Below, piece after piece: positions 54,687 to 64,000 of a stretch of 64,000 nt of DNA. Both the position numbers and the translations under genes were made by a program. The DNA lies in the NCBI GenBank assembly GCA_964016885.1, contig OZ024742.1:141360001-141424000 (forward strand), written 5' to 3'. The DNA is from Eledone cirrhosa. Lineage: Eukaryota. The notes under the pieces are model-generated. The model was not told the DNA's origin and ran no database searches. It saw nothing but the letters and a program-made list of their open reading frames with translations. Numbering within the stretch: the first letter of the stretch is position 1; each line of letters begins with the position of its first letter.

Positions 54687-57600
54687 ATGGCCAATATAAG
54701 AGTTGGATGTGTGAACGTACGCGGCCTGGGGATGCCCTGGAAACAGGGCAAACTCTTAAACGACCTCAGGTCGCACAGTATGGATGTGGTAGCCATTTGC
54801 GAGTTCAGGATCCACGGCGAGCAACAGCTGGCCCCCATCTTCGATGACTTTGAGATCTACGCATCTCTCTGTCAGCCCGGTGGTGGAGCTGGGGTTGCCG
54901 TTTTGCTGCGGAAACACCTGGACCTCGTAACACAGACGGTACATCTGGAGCCGGAGGGTAGACCGGTGGTCCTAGATGTTGACGGTAGTGAAGGTGGAGC
55001 CTTCAGGCTGGTGGCCGCATATGCCCCATCCTGGACACCGCGACCAGACTTCTTCAAACGTCTAGAGACGTTTCTGGGAACGTCCCGCTCCCTGCTGTTA
55101 GTGGGGGACTGGAATGGAATCCTAGATGCACGTTGGTACTATGTGGGAGCATGTCCCAATAGAGGGGTGTGTAACAGCCTCAAACAGTTAATCGGCCGAT
55201 TTGAGCTGGCCGATAGATATCGACTAGATTTTCCGACTGTGCCACTGTGGACGTGGACTAATCGTAGCGGAACATCTAGATCGTACCTAGATAGGGTTCT
55301 AGTTAGAAAGAAGGCTAGGGACATGTTAAGCTGTCCACAAATGTTCATGGCTGCCTATACAGATCACAAATTAGTGACCTGCATGGCCAACCTTGATAGA
55401 ACCCATAGACAAGGACCCGGCTACTGGAAGCTGAACTTGTCGTTACCGACAAGCAAAGCCTACAGTAGACGGATTAGCACTTTAGTTAAACAGCACTTGA
55501 CAGGGGCCATTGTCAACAACAGATGGTGGTACTCTCTCAAGAGGGCAGTTAGATTAGACTCGATAGGTTTTAGTAAAGAATTAGTGTTAGATAGAAATAA
55601 GACCGAAAAGGAACTGGTAGATAAAGTAGAAGAGGCACTTAGTAGTGGCAACTTAGCCAGCGTGCTAGCGACGAGAGCGGCATTGGACCAATTCTTCGAC
55701 GCAAAGCATGAAGGCTGCGTTGTCAGAAGCAAAATACGTGCTCTGGGAAACGAGGGAGCCAAAGCTGTTAGCTGGGCCCGAGTGACGGAGGCAAAAAGTG
55801 GCAACAAGTCCACGATTCGGTCTTTGAGGGACCAAAACGGACGCGTGATACGTGAGCCGAAGCAGATGTGTGCGGCTTTTCAGCGGCACTTTGCTCGGCT
55901 GTTCGGGGGGAGCGGCGCGCCGGGAGAGGCTATGGATTTCGGTCCATACCTCGACGGCCTACCGCGACTCTCGGACAGCGAGGCAAAGTTCTGCGAAAAG
56001 CCGATTTCAGCCACTGAGATAGGGGACGCGCTGAGCCAATGCGGCAAACGCAAATCTCCAGGTCTCGACGGTCTACCCTACGAATTTTACGTAGCAATGC
56101 CGGACTTGTTCTCCGGTCTCCTGGAAGCGGTCTACTGCAACTGGCAACAGAACGGGAGAATTCCCAGTTCTGTAACCGGGGGCGTGGTCACACTAATCAG
56201 GAAGGACGAGAATAAGGGGGATGACATAGGCAACTTCCGGCCCATAACTCTGCTAAACACAGAGTTACAGATTTTGGCCAAGGTGTTGGCAAAGAGGCTG
56301 GCGCTTGTCGTCGAGAACCTGGTGGGAGAAGCGCAGACATGCGCAATCCCGACCAGGTCCATACACGACAACCTCCACCTCATGCGATACATCATAGAGA
56401 GGGTAGGGTGTAAACCCGGCTTCGGTGGGGCCCTGATCAACTTGGATCAGTCTAAGGCTTTCGATAGGGTTGACCATCGTTACTTGGATGCGGTGCTCGA
56501 GGCGGCAGGCTTCGGACCCGTGTTCAGGGGTTGGATTGCTGCAATGCACAACAGCAACATCTGCTCAAGGGTCAAGGTGAACGGCTACCTCTCGGAGCCG
56601 TTCCATATTACGCGATCCATTCGACAGGGATGCCCTCTCTCCTCCCTTCTGTATGTACTGACTCTCGAGCCACTACTGCGGAAGCTGGAGCTATTGCAGG
56701 GCATCCCTCTGGAACCGGGACTGCGGAAAGCGGCGTCGACCTACGCCGACGACGTGACAGTAATGGTGTCGAGCGCCTCGCAAATCGAGGAAGTCGGCAC
56801 CTTACTAAAGGAATACGAAAGTCTCACGGGAGCGAAGCTGAACCGGGACAAGTCCATCGGTTTGCAACTCGGATCGTGGAGAAGCAGACCGATGCCTTCC
56901 GATGGCGTCGTCAGACGCTGGACGGAAGGACCGGTAAAGCTGCTCGGGGTCTGGTTTGGTCCGGACCTCCAGGTGGAGAAGAACTGGAACGAAGTGACGG
57001 CCAAGGTGTTTGCACTCACCCAGAAGTGGGCCGAGTGCAAACTATCCTTGAAAGGTCGAGCGGAGGTGGCGAACACTTTTATAGCGTCCGCCATCTACTA
57101 CCGCTTGACCGTCGTGCCTTGTCCAGCCAAAACGCTCGCCAAAATGGAGCGCGCGCTCTTCCGATTCCTTTGGAAGAGGCGGGCTCCTTTGGTGAGAAGA
57201 TCCATCTGCTGCCAACACCCTTCTAACGGAGGGCTGGGGATGCCGTGGTTGACGATGCGCAAACACGCCCTTAGGCTGTGGCATCTCTACGTATTCCTCA
57301 CCGGACAACCGGTGTGGGCCCCGTTCGTGAGGCGAGCCTTCCCACGACTCGTCTCGCTGACCGAGCTGCAGTCCTGGGTCAAGCAAAGACCGAGGAAAAT
57401 GGGCGACTGGCACATCGAATGTGCTCAGGCGCTCACAGCCCTCTGGCAGGCGGACCCGGCGATCAGTGGAGACTCCACTTCGTCATTCTATAGAGGGTTA
57501 GTCCGCAGCAAGTGCGACGACGCGCTCGGTGAAACTCTAGGCGTAGAGGAAGATGAACTGGCCAGTCTGTTCGGTAGGACCTTCCGCCCGGGACCGATGG

Positions 57601-58124
57601 ACAACTTCCAAAAGTCCCTGGCCTGGCAGTGCTACCGAGGAGCTCTACCAGTTCGAGACAAGCTCTACAGACATGGGCGCCCGGGCAGGGACCCTGCAAA
57701 AAAGATCTGTCCGAGGTGCGTGCGAGACGAAGAACCCGTCGTGCACGCATTCATACACTGCCCGGGCGCCACTGACCTGTGGGGCTATGTAGAACGACTA
57801 TTGTCGCGGGTGGGACGAGTCCAGTTGACCACCGAGTCCATTGTCATGATCAAACCGCCACCCTCCTTCATAAACGAAGGAGAGGCGGTTTTCCTTTCTG
57901 TGATAGCTATGGCGAAAGAGGTTGTATGGTGGACAAGGTTGAAAGGGCTGAGGTCAGACACCTTTCTCTCCGGCCAACAACTGATTCTTTTTTTCAAATA
58001 CCACTTTGGAAGAAGAGTCAGGATGGAGAGAGAGGTGCTGTACCCCAGCAAGTTTTATGAAAGGTGGGTGAAAGTGGCGAGAATGGCCCGAGTGAATGGG
58101 CCTTCTCTCTATATCAGCCTGTAG
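54687..58124 (+). CDS. LINE ORF2p: APE endonuclease, reverse transcriptase and C-terminal zf-RVT (Tx1/L1 clade)
   Basis: 1145 aa open; CVNVRGL, GDWN, YLDRVLV, TDHKLV, GPGYWKLN, KSPGLDG, FRPITLLN, DQSKAFD, IRQGCPLS, YADD, CPRC..HAFIHC. Confidence 0.96.
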   Translation: MANIRVGCVNVRGLGMPWKQGKLLNDLRSHSMDVVAICEFRIHGEQQLAPIFDDFEIYASLCQPGGGAGVAVLLRKHLDLVTQTVHLEPEGRPVVLDVDGSEGGAFRLVAAYAPSWTPRPDFFKRLETFLGTSRSLLLVGDWNGILDARWYYVGACPNRGVCNSLKQLIGRFELADRYRLDFPTVPLWTWTNRSGTSRSYLDRVLVRKKARDMLSCPQMFMAAYTDHKLVTCMANLDRTHRQGPGYWKLNLSLPTSKAYSRRISTLVKQHLTGAIVNNRWWYSLKRAVRLDSIGFSKELVLDRNKTEKELVDKVEEALSSGNLASVLATRAALDQFFDAKHEGCVVRSKIRALGNEGAKAVSWARVTEAKSGNKSTIRSLRDQNGRVIREPKQMCAAFQRHFARLFGGSGAPGEAMDFGPYLDGLPRLSDSEAKFCEKPISATEIGDALSQCGKRKSPGLDGLPYEFYVAMPDLFSGLLEAVYCNWQQNGRIPSSVTGGVVTLIRKDENKGDDIGNFRPITLLNTELQILAKVLAKRLALVVENLVGEAQTCAIPTRSIHDNLHLMRYIIERVGCKPGFGGALINLDQSKAFDRVDHRYLDAVLEAAGFGPVFRGWIAAMHNSNICSRVKVNGYLSEPFHITRSIRQGCPLSSLLYVLTLEPLLRKLELLQGIPLEPGLRKAASTYADDVTVMVSSASQIEEVGTLLKEYESLTGAKLNRDKSIGLQLGSWRSRPMPSDGVVRRWTEGPVKLLGVWFGPDLQVEKNWNEVTAKVFALTQKWAECKLSLKGRAEVANTFIASAIYYRLTVVPCPAKTLAKMERALFRFLWKRRAPLVRRSICCQHPSNGGLGMPWLTMRKHALRLWHLYVFLTGQPVWAPFVRRAFPRLVSLTELQSWVKQRPRKMGDWHIECAQALTALWQADPAISGDSTSSFYRGLVRSKCDDALGETLGVEEDELASLFGRTFRPGPMDNFQKSLAWQCYRGALPVRDKLYRHGRPGRDPAKKICPRCVRDEEPVVHAFIHCPGATDLWGYVERLLSRVGRVQLTTESIVMIKPPPSFINEGEAVFLSVIAMAKEVVWWTRLKGLRSDTFLSGQQLILFFKYHFGRRVRMEREVLYPSKFYERWVKVARMARVNGPSLYISL

Positions 58125-58379
58125 GTTGAGAAAAAGGAGGAGGAGAGGAAGGGAGTACAAACTCTTCGTACTCCTGGAGATGAGGGTTGCACATTTTTTT
58201 TCGGGGGTATGTGTTACCCATATAAACTGTCTCCCTCTATTGGGGAAAATCGACTAACTTTATAAATTCCATCTCTGATAACATTTTACACGTTTTTATT
58301 GTATGTAAACTTCCCCCTTTGTATTTGTCCCCTTCTTTTGTGCCCCTGTGGCTAATAAAGAAATATATCTATCTATTAC

Positions 58380-61300
58380 GACTTTGAGATCTACGCATCT
58401 CTCTGTCAGCCGGGTGGTGGAGCTGGGGTTGCCGTTTTGCTGCGGAAACACCTGGACCTCGTAACACAGACGGTACGTCTGGAGCCGGAGGGTAGACCGG
58501 TGGTCCTAGATGTTGACGGTAGTGAAGGTGGAGCCTTCAGGCTGGTGGCCGCATATGCCCCATCCTGGACACCGCGACCAGACTTCTTCAAACGTCTAGA
58601 GACGTTTCTGGGAACGTCCCGCTCCCTGCTGTTAGTGGGGGACTGGAATGGAATCCTAGATGCACGTTGGTACTATGTGGGAGCATGTCCCAATAGAGGG
58701 GTGTGTAACAGCCTCAAACAGTTAATCGGCCGATTTGAGCTGGCCGATAGATATCGACTAGATTTTCCGACTGTGCCACTGTGGACGTGGACTAATCGTA
58801 GCGGAACATCTAGATCGTACCTAGATAGGGTTCTAGTTAGAAAGAAGGATAGGGACATGTTAAGCTGTCCACAAATGTTCATGGCTGCCTATACAGATCA
58901 CAAATTAGTGACCTGCATGGCCAACCTTGATAGAACCCATAGACAAGGACCCGGCTACTGGAAGCTAAACTTGTTACCGACAAGCAAAGCCTACAGTAGA
59001 CGGATTAGCACTTTAGTTAAACAGCACTTGACAGGGGCCATTGTCAACAACAGATGGTGGTACTCTCTCAAGAGGGCAGTTAGATTAGACTCGATAGGTT
59101 TTAGTAAAGAATTAGTGTTAGATAGAAATAAGACCGAAAAGGAACTGGTAGATAAAGTAGAAGAGGCACTTAGTAGTGGCAACTTAGCCAGCGTGCTAGC
59201 GACGAGAGCGGCATTGGACCAATTCTTCGACGCAAAGCACGAGGGCTGCGTTGTCAGAAGCAAAATACGTGCTCTGGGAAACGAGGGAGCCAAAGCTGTT
59301 AGCTGGGCCCGAGAGACGGAGGCAAAAAGTGGCAACAAGTCCACGATTCGGTCTTTGAAGGACCAAGACGGACGCGTGATACGTGAGCCGAAGCAAATGT
59401 GCGCGGCCTTTTTGCGGCACTTTGCTCAACTGTTGGGGCAGGGCGGCGCGCCGAGAGGGGCTATAGATTTCTGTTCATACCTCGACGGCCTACCGCGACT
59501 CTCGGACAGCGAGGCGAAGTTCTGCGAAAGGCCGAATGCGGCCGCTGAAATAGCGGACGCGCTGAGCCAATGCGGCAAACGAAAATCTCCAGGTCTCGAC
59601 GATCTACCCTACGAATTTTACTTAGCTATGCCGGACTTGTTCTCCGGTCTCCTGGAAGCGGTCTACTGCAACTGGCAGCAGAACGGGAGAATTCTCAGTT
59701 CCGTGACCAAGGGCGTAATCACGTTAGTCAGGAAGGACGAGAACAAGGGGGATGACATAGGAAACTTCCGGCCCATAACTCTGCTCAACACAGAGTTACA
59801 GATTTTGGCCAAGGTATTGGCAAAGAGGATGGCGCTTGTCGTTGAAAACCTGGTGGCAGAAGCGCAGACATGCGCAATCCCGACCAGATCCATACACGAC
59901 AACCTCCACCTCATGCGATACATCATAGAGAGGGTAGGGTATAAACCCGGCTTCGGTGGGGCCCTGATCAACTTGGATCAGTCTAAGGCTTTCGATAGGG
60001 TTGACTATCGTTACCTGGATGCGGTGCTCGAGGCGGCAGGCTTCGGACCCGTGTTCAGGGGCTGGATTGCTGCAATGCACAACAGCAACATCTGCTCAAG
60101 GGTGAAGGTGAACGGCTACCTCTCGGAGCCGTTCCATATCACGCGATCCATCCGACAGGGATGCCCTCTCTCCTCCCTTTTGTACGTACTGACTCTCGAG
60201 TCACTACTGCGGAAGTTGGAGCTATTGCAGGGAATCCCTTTGGAACCGGGACTGCGAAAAGCGGCGTCGGCCTACGCCGACGACGTGACTGTAATGGTGT
60301 CGAGCTACTCACAAATCGGGGAGATCGGCACCTTATGGAAGAATACGAAAGGTTCACAGGAGCAACGTTGAACCGGGACAAATCCGTCGGTTTGCAACTA
60401 GGAACGTGGAGAGGCAAACCGATGCCTTCCGATGGCGTCGTCGGACGCTGGACGGAAGGACCGGTAAAGCTGCTCGGGGTCTGGTTTCGTCCTGACCTCC
60501 AGGTGGAGAAGAACTGGAACGAGGTGACGGCCAAGTTGTTTGCGCTCATCCAGAAGTGGGCCGAGTGCAAATTATCATTGAAAGGTCGAGCGGAGGTGAC
60601 GAACACTTTTATAGCGTCCGTCATCTACTACCGCTTGACCGTTGTGCCGTGTCCAGCCAAAACGCTCACCAAAATAGAGCGCGCGCTCTTCCAATTCCTT
60701 TGGAAGAAATGGACTGCTGCCAACACCCTTCAAACGGGAGGCTGGGGATGCCGTGGCTGACGATGCGCAAAGACGCGCTCAGGCTGCGGCACCTCCACGT
60801 ATTCCTCACCAGACAACCGGTGTGGGCCCCGTTCGTGAGGTGAGCCTTCCCACGACTCGTCTCGCTGACCGAGCTGCAGACCTGGGTCAAGCAAAGACCG
60901 AGGAAAATGGGCGACTGGCATATCGAATGTGCTCAGGCCCTCACAGTCCTCTGGCAAACGGACCCGTCGATCAGTGGATACTAAATTTCGACATTCTATA
61001 GACGGTCGTCCGCAGCAAGTGCGACGACACGCTCGGAGAAACTCTAGGCGTAGAGGAGGGCGAACTGGCCAGTCTGTTCGGTAGGACCTCCCGCCCGGGA
61101 CCAATGGACAACTTTCAAAAGTCCCTGGCCTGGCAGTGCTACCGAGGAGCTCTACCCGTTCGAGAAAGCTCTACAGACACAGCGCCCGGTTAGGGACCCT
61201 TCGAAAAAGATCTGTGCGCGACGAGGAAACCGTCGTACACGCATTTGTACACTGCCCGAGCGTTACAGACCTGTGGGGATATGTAGAACGACTATTGTCG

Positions 61301-61850
61301 CTGGTGGGACCAATCCAGTTGACCACCGAGTCCATTGTCATGATCAAACCGCCATCCTCCTTCAAAAACGAGGGAGAGGCGGTTTTCCTATGTGTGATAG
61401 CTCTGGCGAAAGAGGTTGTATGGTGGACGAGGTTAAAAGGGCTGTGGTCAGACATCTTTCTCTCTGGTGAGCAACTGATTCGTTTTTTCAAATATCATTT
61501 TGGAAGAAGAATCAGAATGGAGAGAGAGGTGCTGTACCCCAGCAACTTTTTATGAAAGGCGGGTGAATGTGGCAAAGATGGCCCGAGTGGTTGGGCCTTC
61601 TCTCTATATAAGCCTGTAGGTTGAGGAAAATGAGGAAGAGAGGAAGGGAGTACTCACTCTTGGTGCTCCTGTAGATGAGGGTTGTGCATTTTTTCGGGGT
61701 GTGTAGAACCCCTGTGTAACACCTCCTCCTTATTGGGTATTTCAATTGTTATTTGTTATTGTATTAATAGTTTTACTTTCATATACCTCTATGTAAACTC
61801 CCCATTTGTATTTGTCCCCATCTTTTGTGCCCTTGTGGCTAATAAAGAAA
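58380..61850 (+). mobile_element. Tx1/L1-clade LINE copy E, truncated inside the endonuclease and frameshifted in its 3' half
   Basis: Starts at the equivalent of 54846, right after TATCTATCTAT; ends AATAAAGAAA followed by CTAT/CTGT repeats. Confidence 0.93.
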
Positions 61851-62403
61851 CTATCTGTCTATCTGTCTGTCTGTCTGTCTCTTGCCACATCCATTTCACT
61901 GTTCTCACACCATCCATTTTTCTTTCGTGGCAATTTCCGTATACACTTTATCAATTTCTTTCTCTATCTAATTTTTATCCTTTTCCTAAATATTTCTCTT
62001 TTGTAATTTATGGACATATCGATTTAGATATCCTTTACCGAAATCCAACCGAAGCTATTAAACGCGCAATGAAGCTTAATCCTTGTAGCGTTTATATCAT
62101 ATAGATGAGAAGTTAATTCCTCTGATAACATTTGCTAATCGATAACTATCAAGTTTGGTGACCCGTCTCGTTTGAAAAGGGCATGAAGTGCAAGATGGTA
62201 AATGTTATAACGGATTTGTAAGTGTTATAATGTATCGGAATTCTTGGATCTAGAAGAAGGCATGTGTCTATTGTTTGTAAAGGTAATCACGAAATGGATG
62301 GGTTAATGGTAAAATTCAAATGCTGGAAGTGAATAATTATTGGTGAGAATTTAAGGGTGTAAAACAAATTTCATCGTAATATCATTTGCGATGTGGATGA
62401 AAC

Positions 62404-62505
62404 ATGACCGAATGGTTAAGAAGTGCGCTTCACAACCATGACGTCCTGGTTCAGTTCTACTGCGTGGCATTTTGGACAGGTATCTTTTATCATAGCTTCT
62501 GGTGG
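62404..62505 (+). mobile_element. Degenerate tRNA-derived SINE of a second family
   Basis: TGGTTAAGAAG..GGTTCAGTTC..GCGTGGCA..TTGGACAGGTATCTT; similar remnants near 4700, 8700 and 40530. Confidence 0.45.
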
Positions 62506-63212
62506 GACGACACTTACATTTCTGAAGTATGGAGGACATTTCTGTGGAAAAATTACATTTCTGAGATGTATATCAGTCTTTTGGGGACTTTTGTCCCCAA
62601 CTTCTATTGTAGGCAACTGACTCAAGCAGGCTGGTCTGTATTCACCACAAAGAGCGTCTCATGCAACAACAAACAACGTATGTATTGTTTTTTTTCGGAG
62701 AAAAATAATAGGACATCAACTCAGATGCCACAAGCACAATTCAAGAACCTTCTTAAGACCCCCCTCCCCCCAAAAAAACAACAAAAACAACAACAACAAC
62801 ATTTGTGCATTGGTGTCTATTCTATACTGTGGGAAATTCTTGTGTATTGGCAGTGGAGATAATAACTGCTGGGGAATTTGGCATAGCAAAAAGGCATAAT
62901 GGTGGTAAATGAAAACAGAAGATGAAGGGAATATAGTAAAATGTTTTAAATTACAATTAAGACAAGTTTTATTAAATTTATTATAGTTTCGTTTTAAGTT
63001 TGCCGATTGCTTAGATTATAGTATGATGTGGACAGGAAGGTTTTATAAGCGTTATGGGCATAACTCTTTCCTTCAAATTAACCAAGTAAAAGAAAAATGA
63101 TTGACAATAAAGTGAAACTGGATGAAAATGAAAATGTATTCACTTTCATTTCATTGCTGAATTTCATTGGTAATTTTGATTTCTTTCAGTTTTATTCCAA
63201 ACTTAATTAGTC

Positions 63213-63850
63213 ATGGCTGGTCGGCCACGTTTTTATACGAGTATCGTGCCATTGGCAGAAATCATGAATGATCAAATTCTTCAATTTTGTTACGTTTGAT
63301 ACCTTCTCACTAGAAGCAGATTAACTATTTGGGAATGGTTATCGCGTCGATGCCTAATTAGCAACAGCGTCGTTTGTCTTCAATGCGATTCTCATGTAAC
63401 TCCAAAGAGATACAATCAGGAAATAGATAGTTGGAAATGGCTTTGTACTGACGTAATTTCGTCCAATCAGTTTATCATAGCTCATTCTTTAGTCATAGTT
63501 GACTGGTGCTCGGCAAAATAATTCTACATATGTATCTGTGGTGTGCTGAGATTCCGCAACATCAAAGTATGCACGAGGTGGAAATATCTCCTAGAAATAA
63601 CACAACAATGGCAGACTGGTGTATTCCTTTGTGAGACGTCTATGAAAATTCCTCAAAAATAATCTTTCAGAACTTCGTGGCTCCGACAAAGATGATAATC
63701 CAATAAAAAATGATGAGAACAAATTCTTCCACAAGGAGTATCGCGGAGAGGCAATAGCAGGGAGGGCACTGGGTTTTGGAGGATAGGAATGCGACACTGG
63801 AAAGTGGTGACTTATCAAGGCACCAAACTGACATGTCGGTGCATTCAAAT
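63213..63850 (+). pseudogene. Merlin (IS1595/ISXO2-like DDE) transposase remnant
   Basis: Manual translation across stops and frameshifts: WEWLSRRCLISNSVVCLQC..DSWKWLC; SSFFSHS; TTMADWC; DENKFFHKEYRG..GFGG*ECDTGK. Confidence 0.7.
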
Positions 63851-64000
63851 AAATTATTTAGTGGTGGATTCTTTCAGGAAACCGGCTCGTATTCGGTTAG
63901 TATCCAATCATGCAATTTAAGGTTTAATTTCCTAGAAACATTTTGGATTTATGTAAACAAATTTTTATTTCCTTTAAACTTAGTTTTGGTAAGATTTACA

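Larger units (their letters stand above)
52519..58366 (+). mobile_element. Tx1/L1-clade LINE copy D, full length and intact
   Basis: 5' UTR, two open ORFs and 3' UTR; TATC units on both sides. Confidence 0.95.

Noticed and set aside
47571-61491. Antisense and alternative-frame ORFs over the LINEs
   Set aside because: Shadow ORFs of GC-richer coding sequence with no independent motifs

Overview
AT-rich, microsatellite-dense eukaryotic DNA with no recognisable host gene. It is probably from an octopod cephalopod, inferred only from the tRNA-derived SINE family. Most predicted ORFs are translations of (CA)n/(TA)n/(TC)n repeats. The real content is mobile DNA, in four groups. (1) An ~18 kb head-to-tail array (43.8-61.9 kb) of four Tx1/L1-clade LINEs, plus a fifth copy at 25.8 kb. 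All lie in (TATC)n/(CTAC)n repeats in the same orientation and lack poly(A), and one has intact ORF1 and ORF2. (2) Penelope-like elements (PLEs) of Naiad type, plus more than a dozen type-I hammerhead ribozyme (HHR) motifs of different sequence families in short islands between microsatellites. These include retrozyme-like tandem/inverted units, a U3-A8 core variant and large branched stem-II variants. (3) A frameshifted Rep/Helicase Helitron with two associated non-autonomous Helitrons. (4) SINEs, pogo and Merlin transposase remnants, a piggyBac-type MITE and a 200-N gap. All RNA structures were paired by eye, not computed.
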